A stretch of 60,117 nucleotides of DNA, counting the filler. It is 2 parts of 2 records of this genome, joined end to end, with 100 filler letters (N's around TTAATTAATTAA, not from the genome) between each part and the next. Parts side by side here need not be neighbours in the genome. Positions count along the whole stretch, not along the records: positions 29,099 to 60,117 come from DRR723986_13288; 1 more part is not named here. One strand, written 5' to 3'. The notes under the pieces are model-generated. The model saw nothing but the letters and a program-made list of their open reading frames with translations. It did not search any database and was not told the DNA's origin. Shown piece after piece: positions 46,491 through 57,381 of this stretch. The number at the start of each line of letters is the position of its first letter. Positions within the stretch are counted from its first letter, which is position 1. The translations under genes were made by a program, and so were the position numbers.

Positions 46491-49442
46491 ATGACTCAAA
46501 TTCTGGAAAGCTACTTGCGACGACTTTTCTTGATTTTAAGCACCAGCAAGAGCAGCATGAGCTTCTTGTTAGTCACCGGGATTGCAGGCCTGATGGCTTT
46601 GGGCTTGAATGCTTGTGGTGGTCAGTCTGGGTTTGTAGAATATTTGGACCTGGCACTGAGTCCCGGAGTTGACTACGACGAGTTGCAGACAGCAGCAAAA
46701 GTTAATGATCGCTCAGCACATACACATCGCAACGGCTTCCATTGGCATCTCTACGCCGTCAACGCACCCATGGCCTGGCGCATGACGCGCGGTAAACCCG
46801 AACTGGTTGTGGCCGCCGTAGACATCTGGACTGACAGCCTGGGCGCACACCCCGACCTGCAGCCGCTTCACAATGGCAAAGGCAACTTTGTGATCAGTAA
46901 TGGCAGCGACGGGTCCGTACAGTCGTATCCACTGCGCAATGGCCACGGATTAACGGTCCTGGGCATGGCGGTAGCCGAAGGTTCGAGCAGGCAAACTCAA
47001 GACGCCCAGGCCGGCGGAGCGATGATCGGCATCAGCCCTGAGTGCCGCGGTATGGCGGTGCGCATGGAAAAGGACATCTGGCAGGTCGATACAGATATGA
47101 CGCAGAACGGGCGGCGCGTGCTGCCTGCCGTCTGTAATGTCAGCCTGGTAGACAACAATCGCGAGAATTATCGCCGCATCGTCAATTCCGGCGTTGTGCT
47201 TGTTTCGGCAGCGGGCAACAGCCGCAGTCTACCACAGTTTGCCACTACGGTCGATACGGTTATTGCCGATGAGGATGAATTGGAGGACGTCAAGCTGCGC
47301 TATTCGCGCACCCTCTACCCTGCCGCTTTTAACTTTGTAGACTCGGCTGCCCCGCAAGATTGGCGGCGCGACAGCAAGGTAATTGCAGTTGCCGGCGTGC
47401 GCGACGGTAATGTGGCCTGCAGCGATTCGAGCGTTTGTGGCGGCGAATATTACGGCTGCCGCTACAATGACGGCTGGACCTGGCGCGGTCCGCTGCAGTT
47501 TGTAAGCAACTGGAACTTTTCAACCGGCACTGACAAGTTTAATGTGGCGCGCGACGCGGAAGTGCGCATTAGGGCGCGTGAGCGTGCCTTTGTGGATTTA
47601 GTCGCTCCGGCAAATCCGCTTATGTCTCTGAGCGGCGACTCGGCGACTTACGGCTTTTCATCCGGCACTTCGCAGGCGGCGCCGCTCGTAGCCGGCACTG
47701 CGGGCCTGATGTTAAGCATCGACCGCACTTTAGGCCTGGGCGGCGGATTTGACACAGCCGGTGTGTATTCAGGCGGCGCGGCGCTACAGCGCCGCGCCTA
47801 CGACATTTTAACCTTTACCGCTTCCAAGCTGGCCGACAGCGACAATATGTATTACAGCTTCAAGCCGGGTTATGGTTATCACACAAAGGACTATCGCGGC
47901 CGCAAGGTTTATATGGCGATCGATAATATGGACGGTTCGCCAATCCAGTATGAGTATTTGACTCAGGCGAATGACCCGCTGCGGCGCAGCTGGGCGCAGC
48001 GCGTCGGTTTTGGCATGCTGGATGTATACCGCGCAGTTGCGCATTCGATTCCGACAAAAGCGCGCGGCGAGTACTTTAGCGAACAGGTGCTTGACTTCGG
48101 CCCAGTAGAAAAAGAAGTCAATCGCCGGCGGCTGATGCACATGGGCGCGTGGCGTCCGGCTGAGGGGCTTCAGGCTTCTGACGGGACTCAATTCGTGGCG
48201 GTTTTGGACTCGGGCGGTGTGAGCCTGCCGGGTGAGACTCATAACAATCAGGGACTGACGCTCTTACACGAAGGCTGCCGACTTGTGGTTGACGGCGCCG
48301 ATCAAATGCTGGCAATTGATGGGATTGTGCGTTCAGTCTCCAGCCGGGACAAACAAGAGGAAATAACGAGCCGGAACGGCGCTGTGATCATGGCTGCAGG
48401 CAGAACAGAAGATGTTAGATTACAAGGATCATTGTGCCTGGGAAACTTAACAGTCTCGAACACGGCCGACCTGAGTAATCCCGTTAACACAAACTCAATT
48501 GTTTTAGAAGGTGAGAACAGCGAATTGCACGGTGAGCTGACGCTGGAAGATGCGGCCAACTGCCTTGTTAAGAGCGGCACAACTACAGTACACCCTGGAG
48601 CACGTATCCGGTTAAACGGCCATGGATGGCTGCGTATTAACTCAGGCGCTTCTCTGCACATGCGCTACGGTTCACAAATCAACGCAAAAACCTCACCAGA
48701 GTACTTAAACAATCCGCGCCGTAAAGCCGAGGTGCACAACAAAGTTATCATTGAGCAGGACGCTAAAATCACCTGCAGCGGCATTGTTAACCTGCATGCT
48801 TTTCTGGAACTTCTACCGGGAGCAGAGCTACATCTATTCGCTACGAGCAAGGTGAGCTGCGACAGCATTTTTGTCCATCCCGGCGCGCGCATTCTCATTC
48901 ATCCTGGAGCCCATCTGGCTCTGCGTAAAGACCTTGTGTGCCAGGGCGCAATTTTAACTGACAACAGCACAGACGGCACGTCATTTATAACCGGTCGCTT
49001 CCCTGAAATTGAGATCGACATTGACAAGGTACGCTGCCAAGACGTGGTGGCACCAGTCACAGTAAGGCTTGATGGATTCAATTCAACGGCACGCCTGACC
49101 CTGAAAAACATTCAGACGGACGGCATCTTTGTGTTTTATTCGAGTGCCGTCGACATCTCGCTTGACAACGCACAAGTCAGAGTACCACGCAAATTTACGC
49201 AGCGACGTGGCGCCATAATTATGGCCGACAATCTACGTTCCGGCAATAGCGAAGTACAGTTAAACAACACGCATTTTCTGGTGAGTGGCACTGCCGGCTT
49301 TGGCACAAGCAGCTTAAACACGGCGCTGTATTTGCGAAAAGCGGATAAATATTCGGCGGAATCAGTCAGCATTGACGGTCTTAAACAGGAAGTCATTAAA
49401 ACAGACAGGCCCTACGTGAATCGCGATTTGATTTACGATTAA
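46491..49442 (+). CDS. large S8 subtilase-like lipoprotein with beta-rich C-terminal region
   Basis: Lipobox LNAC; AAVD, HG, SAAGN, SGTSQAAPLVAG, GFGMLD; start likely 46491 or 46557. Confidence 0.8.
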   Translation: MTQILESYLRRLFLILSTSKSSMSFLLVTGIAGLMALGLNACGGQSGFVEYLDLALSPGVDYDELQTAAKVNDRSAHTHRNGFHWHLYAVNAPMAWRMTRGKPELVVAAVDIWTDSLGAHPDLQPLHNGKGNFVISNGSDGSVQSYPLRNGHGLTVLGMAVAEGSSRQTQDAQAGGAMIGISPECRGMAVRMEKDIWQVDTDMTQNGRRVLPAVCNVSLVDNNRENYRRIVNSGVVLVSAAGNSRSLPQFATTVDTVIADEDELEDVKLRYSRTLYPAAFNFVDSAAPQDWRRDSKVIAVAGVRDGNVACSDSSVCGGEYYGCRYNDGWTWRGPLQFVSNWNFSTGTDKFNVARDAEVRIRARERAFVDLVAPANPLMSLSGDSATYGFSSGTSQAAPLVAGTAGLMLSIDRTLGLGGGFDTAGVYSGGAALQRRAYDILTFTASKLADSDNMYYSFKPGYGYHTKDYRGRKVYMAIDNMDGSPIQYEYLTQANDPLRRSWAQRVGFGMLDVYRAVAHSIPTKARGEYFSEQVLDFGPVEKEVNRRRLMHMGAWRPAEGLQASDGTQFVAVLDSGGVSLPGETHNNQGLTLLHEGCRLVVDGADQMLAIDGIVRSVSSRDKQEEITSRNGAVIMAAGRTEDVRLQGSLCLGNLTVSNTADLSNPVNTNSIVLEGENSELHGELTLEDAANCLVKSGTTTVHPGARIRLNGHGWLRINSGASLHMRYGSQINAKTSPEYLNNPRRKAEVHNKVIIEQDAKITCSGIVNLHAFLELLPGAELHLFATSKVSCDSIFVHPGARILIHPGAHLALRKDLVCQGAILTDNSTDGTSFITGRFPEIEIDIDKVRCQDVVAPVTVRLDGFNSTARLTLKNIQTDGIFVFYSSAVDISLDNAQVRVPRKFTQRRGAIIMADNLRSGNSEVQLNNTHFLVSGTAGFGTSSLNTALYLRKADKYSAESVSIDGLKQEVIKTDRPYVNRDLIYD

Positions 49443-49518
49443 ACCAGCAAGATCCCAAATGGTGAGTATTAACATCTCCAAACGGGTTTTAAAGCGGACT
49501 TTATCAGCATAGGCAAAC

Positions 49519-50220
49519 ATGAACACTCCAGTTTACAGCGAATACAAACCATTTTTTTCAGTTATCATCTGCACGTTTAACCGCGCGGACCGTTTGCCCC
49601 AGGCAATTGAATCGGTGATTAAACAGCACGAAAGCGACTGGGAAATCCTGGTGGTGGATGACGGCAGCACGGACAACACGGCCGAGGTGGTACGAAAGTA
49701 TATTAAACAAGGTGTGCGCTTGCGCTATCTGTACCACTCAAATCGCGGTACGGCGCTTTCGCGCAATGCAGGCATTAAAGCCGCAGATGGTTTATTTGTG
49801 ACCTTCCTGGATTCGGACGACTATTATCTGAAGGATCACCTGGATGTACGCCGGCAGATTTTTATTGAGAATCCAACGATTGATTTACTGCATGGCGGCG
49901 TTACAATTCGCGGCTCGGAATTTGTGCCGGACAAGAACGATCCCACCAATTTGATTTCGCTGCACAGCTGTGTGATTGGCGGCACATTTGTGATGCAGCG
50001 CGACAAGATGTTGGCGCTGGGCGGCTTTCCGGCAGTGCGTTACGCCGACGACACGCAGTTTTTTGAGAAGCTGATGCTGCAGGGCGGGACGGCGGCACGG
50101 ATCGACATTCCCTCATATGTCTACGTGCGTAATTCGCCTGATTCGCTTTGTAATATTGTTGAGCGTGGTGGGCTGGAGGCGATTGAGACATATGTTAAGC
50201 GTGGCAGCGTTGAGAGTTGA
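49519..50220 (+). CDS. glycosyltransferase family 2
   Basis: SVIICTFNR, VVDDGSTD, SRNAG, FLDSDD. Confidence 0.92.
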   Translation: MNTPVYSEYKPFFSVIICTFNRADRLPQAIESVIKQHESDWEILVVDDGSTDNTAEVVRKYIKQGVRLRYLYHSNRGTALSRNAGIKAADGLFVTFLDSDDYYLKDHLDVRRQIFIENPTIDLLHGGVTIRGSEFVPDKNDPTNLISLHSCVIGGTFVMQRDKMLALGGFPAVRYADDTQFFEKLMLQGGTAARIDIPSYVYVRNSPDSLCNIVERGGLEAIETYVKRGSVES

Positions 50221-50832
50221 GAGGAACGTTATTGCCCAGGGATGACAACGCGAGTTTTTGCCAGGTGCTTTTGGGCTTTTGGGCGTTTGAATTGTCTGGA
50301 ATGGCAACTGGGCGCTCCACTGCTCTGGGCGCTCCATGCGAGCCTGAGCTTGCATCGATCCTGGGAGTATGTGCGCTTTTCATCTGCGGGCTAGACGCGA
50401 CGGTGAATCCTTGCGGCGCGAGGCTGGAAAACGGTTTTTGGAGTGAAATCAATTGGGTGGGCTCTCCCCCCGCCACCGCCAGCCGTTCAAATTGTCTAAC
50501 TCAAAAACACACCCCTCCTTACCCCCGCAATTTCCCTGCGACGGTGCTTTTCACTTAAGGTTCAGATTTAGTTTATGTGCAGACCGGTCCACTTGTTAAC
50601 AATTCAAATTTGATGCACAGCCGCCGGCCGCACAAACGCAAAAACTTCAACGGCCGGATGTCTCAAGTGAACGGCCAGTAAAACAAGGGTCAGCGGTCAT
50701 CGAAGCAGCCCAAAAAGCCGTGTGCCGAACCGCAAAAATCACGCGAGAAAACCCCATAAACGACAAACGCCCCGACGGAACAAAAAGTCCGCGAGGCGTC
50801 AAATCCACATCATGCGCGTATTTTCAGATACT

Positions 50833-51162
50833 TTATTGATCCTCCAATACCACCGCCGTGCCATTAGCACTTACGAGCATCATATTTCCGCTCGAAGACG
50901 TCAGCGTTGCATAGTCCAGATCCAGCGAAACCACCGCATTGGCACCCTGATCGCGTGCCTCTGCAATCATCTCGTCAATCGCAATCTGCTTGGCCTTGCG
51001 CAACTCCTTTTCGTACGCAGTCGAACGTCCACCAACTACATCACGCACTTCCGCAAAAAAATCGCGGAAAATATTGGCACCCAGAATTGCCTCGCCGGTC
51101 ACAAGACCCACGTAACGGCAAATGCGTTTACCTTCGATGTTCGGCGTTGTCACGATCAGCAT
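50833..51162 (-). CDS. YbjQ/UPF0145 family protein
   Basis: [37 protein letters not shown]. Confidence 0.93.
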   Translation of the reverse strand: MLIVTTPNIEGKRICRYVGLVTGEAILGANIFRDFFAEVRDVVGGRSTAYEKELRKAKQIAIDEMIAEARDQGANAVVSLDLDYATLTSSSGNMMLVSANGTAVVLEDQ

Positions 51163-51191
51163 GTTCGCCTCCGCTAGCTGACGGAAAAAAA

Positions 51192-51488
51192 TTAGATCCT
51201 TTCGATCTTCGTTGAGTACTCGATTTTTCCCTTCTTCGCCAAAGCGTGAACTTTTTCGGTCAGGTCATCGATAACTTCATCTTCCCAGTCGTCCGACTCC
51301 TCGTACTTCGTCACACTCTCGTACAGATACACTTCCTGGAAGTGACCCGATTGGTGGCGTGCCTCATACACATTATAGTCGGCTCCCTGGGCCTTCACGC
51401 GTTTGCGCAAGCGCGAAACGAGTTGGATATATTCCGTGCGACTTTCATCCGGTATGGAATAGGATATGGTAAACAGTACGCGCGCCAT
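51192..51488 (-). CDS. hypothetical protein (ferredoxin-like/dimeric alpha-beta barrel pattern)
   Basis: [12 protein letters not shown].., FQEVYLYES; co-oriented between E1 beta and ybjQ-like gene. Confidence 0.7.
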   Translation of the reverse strand: MARVLFTISYSIPDESRTEYIQLVSRLRKRVKAQGADYNVYEARHQSGHFQEVYLYESVTKYEESDDWEDEVIDDLTEKVHALAKKGKIEYSTKIERI

Positions 51489-51637
51489 GCGCCTAACCTC
51501 CCAACAATGCAATTGTCATTCCGCATTTATAGCTTCGATCTGACGACATCTACTTTGCCCGATCAAAGATCCACTCCCCGTTAACTTCAACAACAGCCTT
51601 TTAAAGGCCTTCTTGTTTGTCACCGGGATAGAAGTTT

Positions 51638-52615
51638 TCAGTATGCCAGCAGCCCGCGCAGTGCGTCCGTCACAACGTCCACCTGCGGAAGTACCGCGCG
51701 TTCCAGCGTCGGTGCAAATGGCGTTGGCGTGTCATGTGCTGCGACGCGCTTTATCGGCGCATCCAGGTATTCAAAGGTCTTATCGGCAATCCGCGCGGCA
51801 ATTTCGCCGGCAAAACCGCCCGTCAAAGACGCTTCATGTGCCACGAGTGCACGCCCCGTTTTACGGACGGACGCCAGCACGGCGTCTTCGTCAAAGGGCA
51901 CCAGCGTGCGAATATCGATGATTTCGATTTCGGCACCATCTTCTTTGGCAATAGTTTCAGCAGCCTCAAGTGCCGTGAAGACCATTGAACCGTAGGTAAT
52001 TACGCTTGCGTCTTTTCCCTCACGCACCGTGCGCGCCTCACCCAGCGGGACGATGTATTCGCCTGCGGGCACGTCTTCTTTAATCTTGCGATACAAACCC
52101 TTGTGTTCAAACATCATCACAGGATTGTTATCGCGAATCGCCGCCGTGGTTAAACCCTTGGCGTCTGCGGCCGAAGACGGGCAAACAACCTTGATACCCG
52201 GCGTATGCGCAAACCAGGCTTCGGAATTGCGACTGTGGAATGGGCCACCACCCACACCGCCGCCGGCGGGACCGCGTACCAACATCGGTACGGGAATTCC
52301 CCAGCGGTAAGCAGTCGTGCCGGCTACATTCGCCAGCTGATTAAATCCGTTTGTCACAAAATCCATGAACTGCATTTCAACGACGGGGCGCATGCCGTTT
52401 AAGGCTGCACCGATCGCCGCGCCAATAATTGCGGTCTCAGAAATTGGAGTGTTGATAACCCGCTCTTTGCCAAAGTCCTCCACAAAGCCCTTGGTGATCC
52501 GGAAGGCTCCGCCGAAGCCGGCCACGTCTTCACCCAAAATAAATACGTTCTCGTCCCTGTGCATCTCAGTGCGCAGGGCATCGGAAATCGCCTCCAGATA
52601 GGTCATCGTCGGCAT
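51638..52615 (-). CDS. 2-oxoacid dehydrogenase E1 beta subunit
   Basis: LGEDV..GGAF, TPISE, EMQFMDF, FEHKGLY, LDAPIKRV. Confidence 0.95.
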   Translation of the reverse strand: MPTMTYLEAISDALRTEMHRDENVFILGEDVAGFGGAFRITKGFVEDFGKERVINTPISETAIIGAAIGAALNGMRPVVEMQFMDFVTNGFNQLANVAGTTAYRWGIPVPMLVRGPAGGGVGGGPFHSRNSEAWFAHTPGIKVVCPSSAADAKGLTTAAIRDNNPVMMFEHKGLYRKIKEDVPAGEYIVPLGEARTVREGKDASVITYGSMVFTALEAAETIAKEDGAEIEIIDIRTLVPFDEDAVLASVRKTGRALVAHEASLTGGFAGEIAARIADKTFEYLDAPIKRVAAHDTPTPFAPTLERAVLPQVDVVTDALRGLLAY

Positions 52616-52711
52616 CGACTAACGGGCTCCCAATTAAACAGATCCAATTGATTGGACAGAATGTCGCCAAATGCAGCGGCTACATAAATGCCGCACACAG
52701 CATGTTAATAA

Positions 52712-53845
52712 TCAGTCCATGAAAACATCTTTGAGGCCTTCCGCGGCATCCGGGAACGGCAACTCTACAACTTCGTCGATTGTCGCATTCATCTGTGCGC
52801 TGATTTCCTTGCGGCGCGTAGCAATCTGGTCTTCCGTCATGATCTTGCGCTCAAGTACCAGCGCTTCAAAACGGTCAACCGGATCGCGTTTGGCCCAGTA
52901 GTCCAGGACTTCTTTGGGCACATACGAAAAATCATCGTGCTCGGCGTGGCCGCGCATGCGCATGCTGACTGTTTCAATCAGTGCTGGGCCGCCGCCACCG
53001 CGAGCATTGCGAATTGCCTCAAAACAGGCGTCGTAGACCTGCTCGGGGTCGGTTCCGTCGACCGTCACTCCGTGACAGCCATAGCCGAGCGCCCGGTCGG
53101 AAAGTTTCTCGCAGGCAAATTGTTCGTGGTTGGGTGTTGAATAGGCGTACTGATTGTTTTCGATTACAACAATCAGGGGCAGGTTCTGCACCGCCGCCAG
53201 ATTCATCGCTTCGTGGAAGTCCCCAATCTGCGCCCCACCATCACCGATATAGGTCATGGCCACGCAGTCTTCACCTTTAAGTTTGGCCGCCATCAGGAAA
53301 CCCGCCGCAACCGGAATCATGGCACCCAGGTGGGAAATATTGCCGTAGATCCGTTTTTCGGGATCGGCGTAGTGGCCTGTACCATCCGTGCCGCGCATCA
53401 TGCTGCCTTTGCGCGCCAAATGATTTAGCATCAGCGCATGCAGTGATTGGCCACGTACAAAGTGCGCGCCTATATCGCGGTGCATCGGAAAGAGCACATC
53501 CTGCTCCTGCAGCGCGTAGGCTGTAGCCACGGCCGTAGCCTCATTGCCCATTTGGGAGTACACACCACCAAAGGCGCGCCCCTGACGATAGAGGCGCAGC
53601 ATTGCCAGGTCAAATTCACGGGTCTGCAGCATGAAGTCAAACAACCGGCGGCGGTCATCATCATCCAAATGTGCACCGGCCTGAATCGGTGGTACCGGCG
53701 CATCGTCTGGAACGTGCGCAGCAGTTTTAGGCGTCGCCGAGGTCTTGTTGCCTGCTCCCGACGCACCTGAGGCCGGGCTGGTCTTGCGGTCTGTATCTGA
53801 GTCTTGAGACTTAGAAGTCGTAATAGTCTGTTCGCTTGAACTCAT
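52712..53845 (-). CDS. 2-oxoacid dehydrogenase E1 alpha subunit (TPP-dependent)
   Basis: GDGG..ENNQYAYST TPP motif, RMRGHAEHDD; ATG at 53845 preferred. Confidence 0.93.
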   Translation of the reverse strand: MSSSEQTITTSKSQDSDTDRKTSPASGASGAGNKTSATPKTAAHVPDDAPVPPIQAGAHLDDDDRRRLFDFMLQTREFDLAMLRLYRQGRAFGGVYSQMGNEATAVATAYALQEQDVLFPMHRDIGAHFVRGQSLHALMLNHLARKGSMMRGTDGTGHYADPEKRIYGNISHLGAMIPVAAGFLMAAKLKGEDCVAMTYIGDGGAQIGDFHEAMNLAAVQNLPLIVVIENNQYAYSTPNHEQFACEKLSDRALGYGCHGVTVDGTDPEQVYDACFEAIRNARGGGGPALIETVSMRMRGHAEHDDFSYVPKEVLDYWAKRDPVDRFEALVLERKIMTEDQIATRRKEISAQMNATIDEVVELPFPDAAEGLKDVFMD

Positions 53846-54138
53846 GTTTGTCGTCTGAACGCTGGTTTGCACACGCATGCTATTCACTGGAGTTTGCCCG
53901 TGCGCGTTTCTGCAAGCCGCCAAATTACCATAGTCAGGCATTGTGTGCAACACGAATTCGAAGTATTAGCTCGCGATCAATCGCACATTCTCAATGGATT
54001 GAGCGGATTTGATTATATTACGCGATTAGGCTCCGCCCACTCATGTTATATGAATGCTCGGCGGACAGATGGGAATAGAGATAAGAAGACGATCAGCAGC
54101 ATGCGAACCACGGTTCGTAAAAAGAGAGCCTCAAAACA

Positions 54139-55308
54139 ATGTCCTGGTCGAAGATAATTGGACAGAGTCGTGTCAAGACCGTTCTGCAACGCGTAATTGC
54201 CGATGGCAGAATCGCTCACGCCTATATGTTCTGGGGTACCCAGGGTATCGGCAAAGACGCGCTGGCACTGGAGTTTGCCAAAGCCGTAAACTGTTTAAGT
54301 CCCGTGCGCAATGGCGCAGAATACGAAGCCTGTGACAGCTGCGACAGCTGCCGCCGCGCCGCCGCCCTGCAACATCCCAATATCAAACTGATTACGGCAC
54401 TGCCCACCGGCAAAGGCGAAGACCGCAAGTCCAAATCCCCGCTGGCCAAGCTCAGCGAAGATCAGCTCAAAAACGTGCGTGCTCAATTACAGCTAAAAGC
54501 CGAAAACCCCTACCACCGCATCAGCATTCCCAATGCAAATGCCATTCGCATCGCAGCAATTCGCGAAATAAAACAAGGTGTCGCCCTCAGCGGTGCGCAG
54601 CAGGGACGGCGATTCTACATTGTCTCAAATGCCGACAGTATGAATCCCGAAGCAGCCAATGCCTTCCTGAAAACTTTGGAGGAGCCCTCCCCCGACGTTA
54701 CGATTGTCCTTACAACCGCACGCCGCGATCAGATGCTCCAGACAATTCGCTCGCGCTGTCAGGATGTGCGCTGCGCCGTGCTGAGTGATGCTGAAATCGC
54801 TACTGCGCTCAGCCAAAACAGCGACGCCAATATCACTCCCGAAAATTCGCGACTGATTGCCAGGCTGGCCGACGGCAGCTACACAAGAGCAATGAGTCTT
54901 ACCGGTGATGACTTCAGTGAAATTCGTGCAGAAGTTGTTGCCTTCTTCCGCGCCATGTTAAAAAAGCGCAACTACGTCCTGGAGCTCTACGCCGTAATTG
55001 AGCGCATTGCAGCCGACAAGGACCGCAAACGCGTTGAGCAAATGTTAACGCTGCTGCTGCTCTGGCTACGCGATGCATTTTCGCTCTCAGCCAGCGGAAA
55101 TGCCGACGCGGTTGTTAACATCGACCAGATTGTACCGATGCAGCGTTTTGTAGAAAATTTCCCAGGCGCCGATTTACTGGCTGCCAGCATGAAAGTTGAG
55201 GAAGCTCTCCGCTACCTTAAACAGAACGTGCAAATCCAATTGACTCTCACGCGGCTTTCGCTGGAGATGCGCAGCATCTTCATTCGCAACGTCACGCGTG
55301 CGGCCTAA
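54139..55308 (+). CDS. holB: DNA polymerase III subunit delta'
   Basis: HAYMFWG..GIGK, C..CDSCDSC zinc module, ANAFLKTLEEP, TIRSRC; adjacent to a PSP1 gene as usual. Confidence 0.92.
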   Translation: MSWSKIIGQSRVKTVLQRVIADGRIAHAYMFWGTQGIGKDALALEFAKAVNCLSPVRNGAEYEACDSCDSCRRAAALQHPNIKLITALPTGKGEDRKSKSPLAKLSEDQLKNVRAQLQLKAENPYHRISIPNANAIRIAAIREIKQGVALSGAQQGRRFYIVSNADSMNPEAANAFLKTLEEPSPDVTIVLTTARRDQMLQTIRSRCQDVRCAVLSDAEIATALSQNSDANITPENSRLIARLADGSYTRAMSLTGDDFSEIRAEVVAFFRAMLKKRNYVLELYAVIERIAADKDRKRVEQMLTLLLLWLRDAFSLSASGNADAVVNIDQIVPMQRFVENFPGADLLAASMKVEEALRYLKQNVQIQLTLTRLSLEMRSIFIRNVTRAA

Positions 55309-55338
55309 TTCCGCCGAATTTTCATTGAGTAAAAGGTA

Positions 55339-57381
55339 TTGAAATATATGGGTGAGCAAGCAGGCTCGATTGTCACACTTTCACATATTGATCTCGGTAA
55401 ACTCGATGATTTACCGGATGCCGCTACTGTCCACGTAGCCAAAACCATCCGCAACCGCAAGTCCAACTGTGATGCCTCCTGCGGTAAGGATGACGGTGGC
55501 TGCGATAATTGTGGCAGCAAGTCCAAAGACGAAACTCCTGCAGCGCAGAACGGTGCGGATGCTGCGGCGGAAGCTACCGCCAAAAGCAGTAGCAGTGCCA
55601 AAAAAGGCGCACTGTTAACCGGAGACAGTGATTCGCCGGCAGATCCCGACACTCCGGCGGCGGACACTGATGCCGGCAAAGGCTACTCTCACATTGTGGA
55701 AGTTGAGTTTAAGAGCCGCCGCAAACTTTTATACCGCAATGAGAAACACCTGGAACTCGCCCTCGGTGATCTGGTAGTCGTCGAAGCTGAACGCGGTCTG
55801 GATGCCGGCCGTGTTTGTTCGATGGGCCGGATTGCCAACGAGAAGATGCATATCATCTATAAAGGTGAAGAGCCGCTGCATCAGATTGTGCGCAAAGCCA
55901 ATACGAAAGACCAGGAAAAATTCGATCAGAATAAAGCCAGCGAAAAAGAAGCATTCTCGGTGTTCCGCGAGCGCATTAAACACTTTGAGCTGGACATGAA
56001 AGGTGTTGATGCTGAGTGGCAGTTTGACCACCACCGCCTCACCCTGTTCTTTACAGCTCCGCGCCAGGTGGATTTCCGCTCACTGGTTCGCGACCTGGCG
56101 GCGATCTTTACGACGCGGATTGAACTGCGCCAGATTAGCCCGCGCGACGAAGCCAAGCGCGTCGGCGGCATGGGAATCTGCGGCCGCGAGCTCTGCTGCA
56201 GCACCTTCCTGAACCGTTTTGAATATATCACGCTGGACCACGCGCGTGAGCAGCAGCTGGCGCAAAACCCGACCAAGTTGAGCGGTTTGTGTGGACGCCT
56301 TAAATGCTGCCTCCTCTACGAGATCGACTACTACACATCCGCACTCAAAAATTATCCGCCGCTGAACTCTACGATTGTTACAGCCGACGGTGGTGGCAAG
56401 ATGTTCAAGATTGACATCTTCCGCGATGAAGTGCATCTGTACTACGCCAAGTCCGGCAACTATGGCACGGTTTCCCTGAGTGATCTGAATAATCTGCGCC
56501 GTGACGGCAAAGTCCTGGCGCCCGGCCAGGCCTATGTTGAGCCGCCCGAGCCTGAAAAAGAGCACAATCTGGATAAACTCGACGCCACCGCACGCAAGCG
56601 CGGAGACGGACGCCGTGGCGGCCGCCGCCAAAAAGCCGACGGTGAAGATGGCAAAGAACGCCGCATTCGCAACAAACGCCAGGATCCCAAAACAGCCAAA
56701 GACGCAAGTAAAGCGCCCAAAGACGGTGCAGATGCACAGTCGCCCGCCGGTGAAAAGCCACAGGGTGAAGGCCAGCGCTCCGAACGCCCCTCGCGCCGCC
56801 GCAGACGTGGCGGACGCGGATCCGGCGGTCGCGGATCACGCCCGGACCAGGCGGACGCCAAATCCAATGAGTCCGGCGGCGAGTCCACAGCTGAAAGTCG
56901 CACAGACAACAAAGGTGCGCAGCAGCCGAACGACAAACGCGAAATCAAAAAGAATCCCAGGAAAGACGCCGACGCCAAAGCCGACGGACCAGGCGACTCC
57001 AGAAATGATGCTGGTGACGCCAACAAAAAAGAAGGCCGCGGACGTGGCCGCGATGGTCAACGTGATGGCAACCGCGACTCTAACCGCGGAGGCCGTGGCG
57101 ACCGACGCGCGCGCGGCAAAGACGGCAAAGCACGCACCGCGGACGGCGCGAAGGATGCTGCGAGCAAGGGTGATGTGAGCAAAGGTGAAGCGCCGGCCAA
57201 CAAAGACGCCAAGTCTGGAGGCGCCAAGTCTGGAGACGGCAATCCGGCTGCCGGACCAAAGCGCGGTGATACTCCGGCTGGAGGTTCCAGCACCGCCAAA
57301 TCAGCGGATAAGCCGAGCGGGACAAACAAAGAAAACTCCAGTGGAAAAAGTCAGAACTCCGGTGACGGCTCCAACTCCTAA
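55339..57381 (+). CDS. ricT: PSP1/RicT (YaaT) family protein with long disordered termini
   Basis: VEVEFK, VDFRSLVRDLA..TRIELRQI, GICGRELCCS, LSGLCGRLKCCLLYE. Confidence 0.9.
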   Translation: MKYMGEQAGSIVTLSHIDLGKLDDLPDAATVHVAKTIRNRKSNCDASCGKDDGGCDNCGSKSKDETPAAQNGADAAAEATAKSSSSAKKGALLTGDSDSPADPDTPAADTDAGKGYSHIVEVEFKSRRKLLYRNEKHLELALGDLVVVEAERGLDAGRVCSMGRIANEKMHIIYKGEEPLHQIVRKANTKDQEKFDQNKASEKEAFSVFRERIKHFELDMKGVDAEWQFDHHRLTLFFTAPRQVDFRSLVRDLAAIFTTRIELRQISPRDEAKRVGGMGICGRELCCSTFLNRFEYITLDHAREQQLAQNPTKLSGLCGRLKCCLLYEIDYYTSALKNYPPLNSTIVTADGGGKMFKIDIFRDEVHLYYAKSGNYGTVSLSDLNNLRRDGKVLAPGQAYVEPPEPEKEHNLDKLDATARKRGDGRRGGRRQKADGEDGKERRIRNKRQDPKTAKDASKAPKDGADAQSPAGEKPQGEGQRSERPSRRRRRGGRGSGGRGSRPDQADAKSNESGGESTAESRTDNKGAQQPNDKREIKKNPRKDADAKADGPGDSRNDAGDANKKEGRGRGRDGQRDGNRDSNRGGRGDRRARGKDGKARTADGAKDAASKGDVSKGEAPANKDAKSGGAKSGDGNPAAGPKRGDTPAGGSSTAKSADKPSGTNKENSSGKSQNSGDGSNS

